A stretch of DNA of 56,596 nucleotides from positions 1 through 56,596 of IMG/VR virus record IMGVR_UViG_3300042292_000782; one strand, given 5' to 3'. Positions within the stretch are counted from its first letter, which is position 1. Every line of letters begins with the position of its first letter. Positions 7,504-16,863 of this stretch are shown here, piece after piece. Both the position numbers and the translations under genes were made by a program. The stretch is from a virus. Its lineage: Duplodnaviria; Caudoviricetes. The notes below the pieces were generated by a model, which was not told the origin of the DNA, did not search any database, and worked only from the letters and a program-made list of their open reading frames with translations.

Positions 7504-9378
7504 TTAATATCTCTCAACAGATGTTTGGAATGGTTCAATTCCTAGTTTTTCAAATTCATTATTATAAACTTCCATAAATTTATCATAATCATCTGGATGA
7601 ACCATGATTGAATCGTGAATTGTAACTGCTGGATATTTCTTATGTTTAAAAAATTCTCTTACAATCGTGTTAATGAATAAAGCTGATTCAAATCGCTGAC
7701 ATAACATTGGCAAATAATGTACACCCTCGACTTCATTTAATTTATTAGATAATTCAATTAACGATGGGTATTTTTTACCAACATGATATTTGATTTGTCT
7801 AAACTGATCTTTGTTACTGAATAGAATACTCAATAAATTGATTTTAGCTTTATGTCTATCTGTACCTAAAAATTTAGCAACATATTCATAAATTTCACCG
7901 TTTCTTGTTCTTTCACAAAAATCTTTAACATCCTTTAGGTTTTTAATGATTTCAACAGCATCAATTTTAGATGCTAAATCAGCTGTTATACCTAATTTTA
8001 CTTCTGATAACAATCTCTTAGCTAATTCTGGGTGATCCATTATTGTTGCAAGTATTACCATTTGTGAATTACGAATATCTACGTTACAATATCTGGTACC
8101 TTCGTATTTTACATGACCACGTATAGCTGATTTTAAATTTGTAAAGGGTGTATGAAACCTACCACCAAAGTTATCACATGGATTAACATAAATTCCATTT
8201 TCTTTAATGCTTTCAATTGTTTCCGCTAATTGCATGGCTGACATTACATGAGGTTTTGCTAATTTTTCATGAAGTTCTTCTACTGTACTGACGTCATAAA
8301 ACTTAAATGGATCTTTTTTACAAGATTGAACCATCTCTTCCGTGTCAATTTTACCTATAATAATTTCAGCATCATCCATCATATCTAAATGCAGCTGTTC
8401 TTGTTGATTACGTTTTTTCTCACGATAATCAACCTTGAATTTTAACATCGTGTATTTGATATGGTAATTTTTATAGAAATCAACACGATGTTTACGTGTT
8501 GTTCCAGGAATAGAAAAATATTTTTCGTTTATTTTATAGCTAAAAGCTTTTTTATTATCAGCCCAATTCATGTAGATATGATCACATTCTATAATACCCG
8601 CTTCTTCTAGTGCATTCACATAATATTTGTATGTGTGTGTACTTGTATTTCGAAATAAATCCCATGAACATTGTACAAAACCTGATTTTTCTCTATATCT
8701 TGAATTCCATGTACCACGTCTAACAGCTAATTTGTATTGCATATACGTTATAGAAATCGTACTTATAACAGCTTTTGCAAAATCAACATCGAGCTTTATA
8801 TGTTTGCAGTCATGCTTGTCTTTATAAGCTACTAACGCAGCCATAATAACATTATCTTGTAAACCAATAGGTAACCGTGCTTTAACTTGAATAAATTCTT
8901 CTCTATTTGGAACATCCAACGTGTCAGCTAATTCATGGAACATTCTTTCATATCTGCCCATGTTTTGATACATTTCATTATGCACCCTAACAGGTGTTTT
9001 ATTAGGTAATGGTTGTAAGAATTCTTTTGCTTTTTCAATAGATTCAGTAGGTTCTAACGTGAGTGATTCATCAATAATTTTTTGAATCTTATTGACAAAT
9101 CTTTTTTGATATTTGTCACTGTTCTTAAATGTAGTTAGATCACCACTAACAATAGCTTGCTTTGCAACAAATAATGCTTCAACATAATCAGCAAGTTGTG
9201 ACTGTGTCCAGTCACGTACTGTATCGTATTGTGATTTATTCGTTCTTGAAGAAAAAATGTTAGGTCTCCACTTTCCTTCAACATGATCAAGAAAAAGTCT
9301 TGTTTCTTTATCGTATTTGAATAATATATGGCCAACTTTTTTTGTTACTAATTTATTTGAATATTCTATCATGTCCAC
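7504..9378 (-). CDS. Family-A-polymerase-like protein without an exonuclease domain, with a putative wHTH region
   Basis: GGRFHT, motif A VDIRNSQ, motif B DRHKAK, QRFES, motif C TIHDS. Confidence 0.65.
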   Translation of the reverse strand: MDMIEYSNKLVTKKVGHILFKYDKETRLFLDHVEGKWRPNIFSSRTNKSQYDTVRDWTQSQLADYVEALFVAKQAIVSGDLTTFKNSDKYQKRFVNKIQKIIDESLTLEPTESIEKAKEFLQPLPNKTPVRVHNEMYQNMGRYERMFHELADTLDVPNREEFIQVKARLPIGLQDNVIMAALVAYKDKHDCKHIKLDVDFAKAVISTISITYMQYKLAVRRGTWNSRYREKSGFVQCSWDLFRNTSTHTYKYYVNALEEAGIIECDHIYMNWADNKKAFSYKINEKYFSIPGTTRKHRVDFYKNYHIKYTMLKFKVDYREKKRNQQEQLHLDMMDDAEIIIGKIDTEEMVQSCKKDPFKFYDVSTVEELHEKLAKPHVMSAMQLAETIESIKENGIYVNPCDNFGGRFHTPFTNLKSAIRGHVKYEGTRYCNVDIRNSQMVILATIMDHPELAKRLLSEVKLGITADLASKIDAVEIIKNLKDVKDFCERTRNGEIYEYVAKFLGTDRHKAKINLLSILFSNKDQFRQIKYHVGKKYPSLIELSNKLNEVEGVHYLPMLCQRFESALFINTIVREFFKHKKYPAVTIHDSIMVHPDDYDKFMEVYNNEFEKLGIEPFQTSVERY

Positions 9379-9835
9379 TACCTAAAGCAATAATTATACT
9401 ATTCATTAATAATAATAAAATAGCACATATTTATCAACTACTTGTTTCATGTTGAGAATTAGCTCAAACAACAAAACAACAAATCAATACTCTATAATAT
9501 TTTAAAGTGTAAGGTCTCTCCAACAACTACTAACAACAGACAAATAAATATGAATCCGATACGATAACAATATCGGAAATACACCAATAACGTTACAACA
9601 ATTACTAACACACAAACACAAAACAACAATCATTCTATAATCTCATATAGTGCGGATTTAATAGGTAGTAATAGATATTACCTACAAAAAACCATTTAAC
9701 TAATGAAAAATATAGTAATTTTGTGTAAATTATGTTATAATTGATATCTACGGACACGAATGTATATCGCAACATAAAGGAATATGTTTAGATTAGAACA
9801 ACACAGCTATTTTAACCTTTATACTGAGAATAATA

Positions 9836-11728
9836 ATGAAACAACAATATCTAGGAATAGAAGTCGACTTATCCAAAGATTCCAAATACGATGAGTTTCC
9901 GATTGAGTTGCTTAAGAAGCATTATTTGAAACCTAATGAGACGAGTCCGCAGTATGCATTTGCAAGAGCTGCTACAAATTTCTGTTACGGTGACTACGAT
10001 TTTGCACAAAGAATGTACAACTACGTATCTGATCAACTTGGTTGTTTTTCAAGTCCGATCATTTCAAACTCAGTTACAGGTACATGGAGTAATAAAATCG
10101 ATAAATGGGGCTATTCACAAGAAGATATCGATTATAGAAAAAACTCATTTGTAACAGATGATACAATTCGTGCGATGCCAATTTCATGCTTTATTACAAT
10201 GATACCTGATTCATTAAGTGGTCAGATTGAAGCTGCAAAAGAACTTGCACACTTATCTACAGTTGGTGGGGGTGTTGGTCAATATATGGGAATGAGGGGG
10301 ATTACAGAAAAATCACCTGGTGCTATCCCGTATCTTAAAACAATGGATAGTAACATCTTATATTATCATCAAGCTGGTACACGTCGCGGTACTGTTGCCG
10401 GTTATTTGGATATTACGCACCCAGATTTAATTGAGTTCTTAGGTTCGCGGGTACCATCTGGCGGTTCTGATCTTAACCGTAAAGCCTTTAATGTGAATAA
10501 CGCTGTTAATATCACATATGAGTTTTTAGATGCTGTTGAACAAGATTTAGATTGGAATTTAATTGATCCGCATTCAAAAAATGTTGTACATACTGTAAAA
10601 GCACGTGAATTATGGCACGAAATTTTGGAAACAAGATTTTTGACAGGTGAACCGTATATACATAACGTAGAAGAATCTAATATTAGACTACATCCAGCTC
10701 TTAAAGCTCGAGGGTATAGTGTAAAAGCTTCTAATATATGTACAGAAATTATCCTTATTATTGATGAGCTACATACTGCTATTTGCTGTCTACTAAGCAT
10801 CAATGGTGAAAAGTTTGATGAGTGGAAAGATACTCAGATTATTGAAGATTGTACACGGTTCTTAGATAACGTATTGCAGTGGTTTATTGATTATGCTCCA
10901 CCTGAGTTACATAAAGCTGTTCGATCTGCTAAAAATTCTCGTGATATCGGTCTTGGGTACATGGGATGGCACAATTTCTTAATGAAAAATAAAATACCTT
11001 TTGAATCTGGTGGGGTTGGTTCTGCTGCTCAATGGGCTTATAAAATTTCAAAACTAATGGACGAAAGATCTTTAGAAGCTTCAAAACTATTAGCAGCTGA
11101 ACGAGGTGAACCTGAATATTTGGTTGGATATGGTGTACGTAATGCTCATCGTATCGCTTATGCACCAAATGCTAATAGCTCTATTATTTGCCAAACAAGT
11201 GCGTCAATTGAAGCTATTAGAGCTAATATCTATGTACATAGAACCCGTATTGGTAGCTATACTGTTAAAAATAAATTCTTAGAAGCTGATGTAGAACGTA
11301 TTGCTGGTGAAAAAGGCCTTAATGTTAATGATATCTGGCTCACTATTCTACAAAATAACGGCTCAATTCAAGGTATGGACGATATCTTTACAGCTGAAGA
11401 ACAAAAATTGTATAAAATTGCTACCGAAATTGACCAACGCTACGTTATAGATCAAGCTCGTATTAGACAAGAGCATATCGATCAAGCTTGTTCTGTTAAT
11501 CTTCACTTTAATGAAGGTGTTTCAAGACGTGAACTTAATCAGCTACATTTAAGAGCATTGTCAAGAAATCCTGAATTACCCGGTAGACCATTGAAAACAT
11601 TGTACTATTTACGCGCTAACAAAGTAGATACATTTGAGACAGTATCTGGAAAAATTCAACGTTCAGCATTAAAGGATTACGAAAGCCAAGAAGTAGATAA
11701 AACTGATTGTACTTCTTGTCAAGCGTAA
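9836..11728 (+). CDS. nrdA: Class I ribonucleotide reductase alpha subunit
   Basis: PISCF, GGGVG, SNICTEI, APNANSS, KTLYYLR, C-terminal CxxC. Confidence 0.95.
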   Translation: MKQQYLGIEVDLSKDSKYDEFPIELLKKHYLKPNETSPQYAFARAATNFCYGDYDFAQRMYNYVSDQLGCFSSPIISNSVTGTWSNKIDKWGYSQEDIDYRKNSFVTDDTIRAMPISCFITMIPDSLSGQIEAAKELAHLSTVGGGVGQYMGMRGITEKSPGAIPYLKTMDSNILYYHQAGTRRGTVAGYLDITHPDLIEFLGSRVPSGGSDLNRKAFNVNNAVNITYEFLDAVEQDLDWNLIDPHSKNVVHTVKARELWHEILETRFLTGEPYIHNVEESNIRLHPALKARGYSVKASNICTEIILIIDELHTAICCLLSINGEKFDEWKDTQIIEDCTRFLDNVLQWFIDYAPPELHKAVRSAKNSRDIGLGYMGWHNFLMKNKIPFESGGVGSAAQWAYKISKLMDERSLEASKLLAAERGEPEYLVGYGVRNAHRIAYAPNANSSIICQTSASIEAIRANIYVHRTRIGSYTVKNKFLEADVERIAGEKGLNVNDIWLTILQNNGSIQGMDDIFTAEEQKLYKIATEIDQRYVIDQARIRQEHIDQACSVNLHFNEGVSRRELNQLHLRALSRNPELPGRPLKTLYYLRANKVDTFETVSGKIQRSALKDYESQEVDKTDCTSCQA

Positions 11729-11777
11729 GGTAACAATTAGGCTAGCTTTAAAGCTAGCACCTAAATTTGGAGGGATT

Positions 11778-12206
11778 ATGAAATTAGTAGCCATACCAGA
11801 AGGTAAGACTAAATTGAAAGTGTTTCTAGGTGGTACATGTAATGATAGTAGATGGCGTGATGACTTAATCAAACTACTTACAATTGAGTACTTTAATCCT
11901 GTTGTTGATGATTGGACAGAAGAATGTTATAAAGAGGAGATAAAACAGCGTGAAACCTGCGATTATGTTTTATATGTATTATCACCTAAAATGACAGGGG
12001 TATATTCAGTAGCAGAAGTTGTTGATGATTCTAATAAACGACCTAATAAGACATTATTTTGTATTATTGATACCGATGATAATAAATCATTTGATAAAGG
12101 CCAATTGAAATCATTAGATGCTGTATCAAAACTTGTATCAAAAAACGGTGCTGTGGTGTTACCTGATCTTAAATCTGTAGCAACATATCTAAACAACCAG
12201 AGTTAA
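11778..12206 (+). CDS. Nucleoside 2-deoxyribosyltransferase-like protein
   Basis: VFLGGTC...WR...YFNPVVDDW...YSVAE. Confidence 0.75.
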   Translation: MKLVAIPEGKTKLKVFLGGTCNDSRWRDDLIKLLTIEYFNPVVDDWTEECYKEEIKQRETCDYVLYVLSPKMTGVYSVAEVVDDSNKRPNKTLFCIIDTDDNKSFDKGQLKSLDAVSKLVSKNGAVVLPDLKSVATYLNNQS

Positions 12207-12208
12207 TT

Positions 12209-12451
12209 ATGACAAGTATTGTTAACGCTAGTATGACTATACCTAGCATGTATTCACCTTTAGTTAGATGTCATTATACACCTAATGTTAGTACAGATGT
12301 TGTTCAATATACTGACGTTATTCTAGGTTACAATGGTATTAATAAATTAGATGGGTCAAGCTCGGTAGAGATCATTAGCTACACAGTTCAAAACGGGAAT
12401 ATTCAGTTAATTCCATTATATCGTACAAACACAATTGATTTGCACGCGTAA
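12209..12451 (+). CDS. Hypothetical protein
   Basis: 80 aa ORF inside the nrd operon. Confidence 0.5.
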   Translation: MTSIVNASMTIPSMYSPLVRCHYTPNVSTDVVQYTDVILGYNGINKLDGSSSVEIISYTVQNGNIQLIPLYRTNTIDLHA

Positions 12452-12478
12452 GTGCTAGTTTAATAATAAGGAACCAAT

Positions 12479-13432
12479 ATGTCAGTTTTAGAAGTAAGTA
12501 AAACATACAAACCATTTCATTATCCGTGGGCTGTGGAATTAGCATTACAGTCTGAGCGCTCTCATTGGACTCATGAAGAAACTGATTTTAGTCCAGATGT
12601 CGCTGATTGGCAAAATAACTTAACACCTCAAGAAAAAAATCTAATTCATCAAATCTTAAAATTCTTTACGCAGAGTGATGCTCAAGTTGCATCGATGTAT
12701 ACTAATAATTTGATACCAACATTTAAAAACAATGAAATTCAACAAATGTTGTTATCGTTTGCTGCACGTGAAGGTGTACATCAACGAGCGTACGCTGCAT
12801 TATTGACTACATTGAATTTACCTGAATCGGATTTTGAAGCATTCTTAGAATATGAGCAAATGTACTCAAAAATTGATTTTATGGGTGATAATGATACATC
12901 AACGCATAAAGGACGTGCATTATCATTAGTAAAAAATATTTTCTCTGAAGGTGTGTCGTTATTCGGTACTTTTATCATGTTACTGAATTTTTCAAGACGT
13001 GGTTTAGTAAAAGGTATGGGTGAAGTCAATCTTTGGTCTATTATCGATGAGCAAGCGCATTGTGATGGGTTGATTATGTTGTTGAGAACGTACCTTGAAG
13101 AGCATCCTCGTATAGTTAACGACGAGTTCAAAAAACAAGTGTATGATATTTCTCGTAAATTCTTTGAATTAGATGAAAAATTTATTGAATTAGCGTATGA
13201 AATGGGTGACATTGAAGGGTTACCAAAAAACGATGTTAAAGAGTATATGAAATATCTATTAGATCGTAGATTGATTCAAATGGGTCTCAAAGGTAATTTC
13301 AATGTTAAAGATAATCCTGTACCTTGGTTTGATGAGCTAATAGGTTCACCAGAACATACTAATTTCTTTGAAAGTAAACCTACATCGTATGTAAAAGGTG
13401 GTTTAACCGGTAGTTGGTTAGAAGCTTATTGA
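12479..13432 (+). CDS. nrdB: Ribonucleotide reductase beta subunit
   Basis: YKPFHYPWA, FFTQSD, EGVHQRAY, EGVSLF, DEQAH, NFFE. Confidence 0.95.
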   Translation: MSVLEVSKTYKPFHYPWAVELALQSERSHWTHEETDFSPDVADWQNNLTPQEKNLIHQILKFFTQSDAQVASMYTNNLIPTFKNNEIQQMLLSFAAREGVHQRAYAALLTTLNLPESDFEAFLEYEQMYSKIDFMGDNDTSTHKGRALSLVKNIFSEGVSLFGTFIMLLNFSRRGLVKGMGEVNLWSIIDEQAHCDGLIMLLRTYLEEHPRIVNDEFKKQVYDISRKFFELDEKFIELAYEMGDIEGLPKNDVKEYMKYLLDRRLIQMGLKGNFNVKDNPVPWFDELIGSPEHTNFFESKPTSYVKGGLTGSWLEAY

Positions 13433-13446
13433 TTATTAAATTATAG

Positions 13447-13475
13447 TTGATTTAAGTTTCTTAGATCATTATAAT
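13447..13475 (+). promoter_or_regulatory. Sigma70-like promoter for the ncRNA array and DUF2828 gene
   Basis: TTGATT-17 nt-TATAAT; first RNA unit begins about 8 nt downstream. Confidence 0.75.
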
Positions 13476-13483
13476 AAGAAATA

Positions 13484-14205
13484 TAGATTCTACCAGCAAT
13501 TATTATACCAGACCTCTAATCTGACATTATAAATGAATCTAGTTAAATTAATAAAAGGATTGTACCAGTGATTAAAAACTCTTAATACAGTCTATTAGCT
13601 GGTACTTGAAATAGTTTTTTGAACGATCTTAACAGCAACCAATATTCGACTCATAATCGGCAAATATTAATAGATCGTGTTTCTATCTTGAAAAAGATAG
13701 CATTAGGTTCAGTAATCTAATGTAATTCTGCACTAACTTTTAAATGAATCTAAACAACTTGAAAGTCGTTTAGATATTGATGTACCTTCTTAGGTTCGTT
13801 ATAAAACTCGCTTACAGCAATTAAACATTCTTATTGGAAAGATGAATGCGGGTTGCTAAAAACGAATCTAAGAATATTGGTTACTTCATATTAAAAGCGT
13901 GAACAGCGATTAATACAATCTCCAAAAAGGTAACGTAGGTGGTGATAAACCTACAACGCGTTTTGATGAAGTAACTAACCTAATCCTTGTCATTTATGTA
14001 TTTTTAAGGATTAGACTTATGATTAACCTGCACAATGCTTCGATGGCGTAACTAACCTAATCCTATAAATTTATATGAGTTTATAGGATTAGGGTAAAAC
14101 CTAAGCGATAATAGATGCTTCCAGCAATTTAAAAACTTTTTATTTGGCAAAAAGCAAACCAGCATCTTGTTAAAGACAGTCTCTGCAATCAACCACTAAT
14201 GTCTT
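13484..14205 (+). ncRNA. Array of about 8 stem-closed small RNAs with a CAGCAA/CTGCAA-type motif, several with anticodon-loop mimics
   Basis: Units at 13484-13541, 13557-13593, 13622-13682, 13703-13753, 13787-13874, 13877-13978, 14110-14171 and 14173-14205; each has complementary ends with the motif or a variant inside. Confidence 0.7.
13971..14064 (+). repeat. 17-bp direct repeat GTAACTAACCTAATCCT, each copy opening a hairpin
   Basis: Copies at 13971-13987 and 14048-14064, each paired downstream with AGGATTAG. Confidence 0.75.
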
Positions 14206-14216
14206 GGAGTATAAAA

Positions 14217-15701
14217 ATGGAATCAAATTTTCTATCAGCAATATCAAAACAAATGAATTTAACAGAAACGCAGAATGGCGCTATTACTAATAAAACATCA
14301 TTAGATAGTTGTGTCGATTTCTTTGCGCAAGGTGGATCAATTAGATCTAACAGTGAAAGTGAAATTTTAAGTCTGTTTGCAAAAGCGTTTGCACAAGATA
14401 AGACAATTGCTGTCCGTTTAATGTACATGTTTAGAGATATTCGCGGTGGTCAGGGACAAAGAAGACCTTTTCGCATACAATTACAGTGGTTGGCTCAAAA
14501 CTACCCAGATCAAACCAAACATTTATTAGATCACGTTGCTGAATATGGTAGATGGGACGATATCTATTCAGTTGTAGGTACAGCATGTGAGTCTTATGCT
14601 TTTAGTCTAATGAAACAACAAGTTGTAAAAGATTTAGATGGGCTTACAGCTAATCAACCTATATCAATTTTAGGTAAATGGTTAAAACGTATCAATACTT
14701 CAAGTGTCGAATCTGTAAAATTAGGTAACTTAACAAGAAAAGCATTTGGGTTGTCAGCTAAAGATTATCGTAAATTGTGCTCTAATTTGAACAGATATCT
14801 TCAAGTTGCAGAAAATAACATGAGTGCTAAAACGTGGGATAAAATTGAATATTCAAAATTACCAAGTCAGTGCCTATTAAAACACCGTAAAGCTTTTAAT
14901 AGAAACGATAGTGAGCGCTATCTCGAATTTATTGAATTAGCTAAGCAAGGTAAAGTTAATGTAAACGCTAGTACATTATATCCATATCAAATCGTATCAA
15001 AGATTCTTAGTAATTGGACGAGTAATATTACTCCTGGTGAAGCCGAAATCTTATGGAAAAATTTACCAAAAATTGAAGTTAATAGTAATGCTATTGTTGT
15101 AGCTGATGTTAGTGGTTCAATGACAGGTTTACCGATGGAAGTTTGTATTTCGTTAGCAATTTATTTTGCTGAACAATCAAAAGGACCATACAATAATAAG
15201 TTTATTACCTTTAGTGAAAAACCAACAATACAAGTGTTGCAAGGTAATAATATTTTTGAAAAAGTACACAGTTTATCAAGATCTGAGTGGGGTATGTCTA
15301 CAAATCTTGAAGCTGTTTTTAAAATTATTTTACAAGCAGCTGTAGCAGATGAGTTACAACCCGGTGATATGGTTGAGACAATTTATATCATTTCTGATAT
15401 GGAGTTTAATAGTATCACAAGAAATGAGATTAAAACGAATACAATTGAAACATTTTATGATACAATTAAATTGGATTTTGAACAATATGGGTATTCAATT
15501 CCTAAATTAGTGTTTTGGAACGTTAATGCTAATTCAGGTAATTTTCCAGTTGTACATAACACACCTAATACATGCATGATATCTGGTTTTAGTCCTAATA
15601 TTTTGAAGTATGTTACCGGTGAGCAAAATGAAATTTTAACACCAGAGGGTATGATGTTAGAGGTTGTAAACTCACCGAGATATTCAAATATTAATTTTTA
15701 G
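14217..15701 (+). CDS. DUF2828-family TROVE/Ro60-like protein with C-terminal vWA domain
   Basis: FRDIRGGQGQR, EYGRWDD, GKWL, TLYPYQIV, MIDAS DVSGSM, WGMSTN, ISDMEF, VFWNV, SGFS; GGAG RBS at 14206. Confidence 0.85.
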   Translation: MESNFLSAISKQMNLTETQNGAITNKTSLDSCVDFFAQGGSIRSNSESEILSLFAKAFAQDKTIAVRLMYMFRDIRGGQGQRRPFRIQLQWLAQNYPDQTKHLLDHVAEYGRWDDIYSVVGTACESYAFSLMKQQVVKDLDGLTANQPISILGKWLKRINTSSVESVKLGNLTRKAFGLSAKDYRKLCSNLNRYLQVAENNMSAKTWDKIEYSKLPSQCLLKHRKAFNRNDSERYLEFIELAKQGKVNVNASTLYPYQIVSKILSNWTSNITPGEAEILWKNLPKIEVNSNAIVVADVSGSMTGLPMEVCISLAIYFAEQSKGPYNNKFITFSEKPTIQVLQGNNIFEKVHSLSRSEWGMSTNLEAVFKIILQAAVADELQPGDMVETIYIISDMEFNSITRNEIKTNTIETFYDTIKLDFEQYGYSIPKLVFWNVNANSGNFPVVHNTPNTCMISGFSPNILKYVTGEQNEILTPEGMMLEVVNSPRYSNINF

Positions 15702-15809
15702 TTTTATTGTTGTTCTAATATAGTGTCCTACCTCAAAGCGTTGTATATTTTTATATGACGCTTTTTTTTGTCTAAATATGTTTTTTTTAGATAACCAGTA
15801 AGTTTTCCA

Positions 15810-16052
15810 ATGAGTAAACATAACAATAGATATTTACAACAAGTAGAAGCAGCAGTACGGAAAGATATAAATCGTATGGATAACGAAGAAATATTGTATA
15901 TGTACGGAATTACCGTCGATGAATCGTTTGCTGTATATGATACTATCAATGATATTACATATCAGTCAATCGATAGTTGGCTTGATGAATATTTGGATGA
16001 TTCGAAAGAAGATGTTAAAAGTATAGGACAAGGATATGAGTGGGACGATTAA
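15810..16052 (+). CDS. Hypothetical acidic protein
   Basis: 80 aa ORF. Confidence 0.6.
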   Translation: MSKHNNRYLQQVEAAVRKDINRMDNEEILYMYGITVDESFAVYDTINDITYQSIDSWLDEYLDDSKEDVKSIGQGYEWDD

Positions 16053-16278
16053 TCATTATCTGTATAAAGATATTGAAGTTCGAAGTACAGGTAGGTACGT
16101 CAATAAGCCAAATACTGTTGTACGAAAAGTAGATCATTTTATTGAAATAACACCTGTCGATGAAGAAATTAATTGGACAAAGTTTGTTAGCATTGATGAT
16201 CTGTATTTAATTCAAACAATAGCAGGTACATTGGAGAACAAAGGAGAATTAGTTCTCCTAAAGGAAATTAAGCCATAA
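16036..16278 (+). CDS. Hypothetical protein
   Basis: 80 aa ORF overlapping the previous stop; AGGA RBS. Confidence 0.55.
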   Translation: MSGTINHYLYKDIEVRSTGRYVNKPNTVVRKVDHFIEITPVDEEINWTKFVSIDDLYLIQTIAGTLENKGELVLLKEIKP

Positions 16279-16347
16279 TACATAACATTAAAAAATGTTT
16301 GTCATTGAAATTTGATATGGTTCCCTTTAAATTTGAATAGGTTTATA

Positions 16348-16830
16348 ATGAAGTTAATAGCATGTTGTGATATTAAGGGTGGGTTTGCAAAAGACAAGCA
16401 AATTCCATGGATTAACGAAGATATTAGTAAGATAGATTTAAAACATTTTAAAGAACTGACAACCGGTCAGTGTGTCGTTATGGGTAGAAATACTTATAAC
16501 GAGATAGCAAGTTTACGTGAAATTAAAGATTCAGTATTACCAAACCGTGAATGTTACGTAATAACATCTGACCCTGATAATGAATGTAAGGGTGCTACTA
16601 CTATCTTAACGTTGGATGATATCCAAACTGATAAAGAAATATTCATTATTGGTGGTGGAAAATTATACGGTAACACGATCAAACAATGTGACACAGTATA
16701 CTTGTCTGTTATTAATCGTGATTATGAATGCGATCAAATATTTCCTGGTCAAAATCTTATTAATTATAAATCTGAACATGTTCAAAGCGAACACCCTGAT
16801 TTGGTATTTGTAACTTATACGAAAATATAA
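16348..16830 (+). CDS. folA: Dihydrofolate reductase
   Basis: IPW...DLKHFKELTTGQCVVMGRNTY, LPNR, FIIGGG, CDQIFP. Confidence 0.93.
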   Translation: MKLIACCDIKGGFAKDKQIPWINEDISKIDLKHFKELTTGQCVVMGRNTYNEIASLREIKDSVLPNRECYVITSDPDNECKGATTILTLDDIQTDKEIFIIGGGKLYGNTIKQCDTVYLSVINRDYECDQIFPGQNLINYKSEHVQSEHPDLVFVTYTKI

Positions 16831-16863
16831 TAAAATAAATATTTTATTATAAAAGATCTTTAT

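Noticed and set aside
9836-13432. Introns or inteins in nrdA/nrdB
   Set aside because: Both are continuous, with expected motif spacing and no Hint motifs.
13484-14205. CRISPR array
   Set aside because: Units share structure and a 6-nt motif, not identical repeats with regular spacers, and there are no cas genes in the window.
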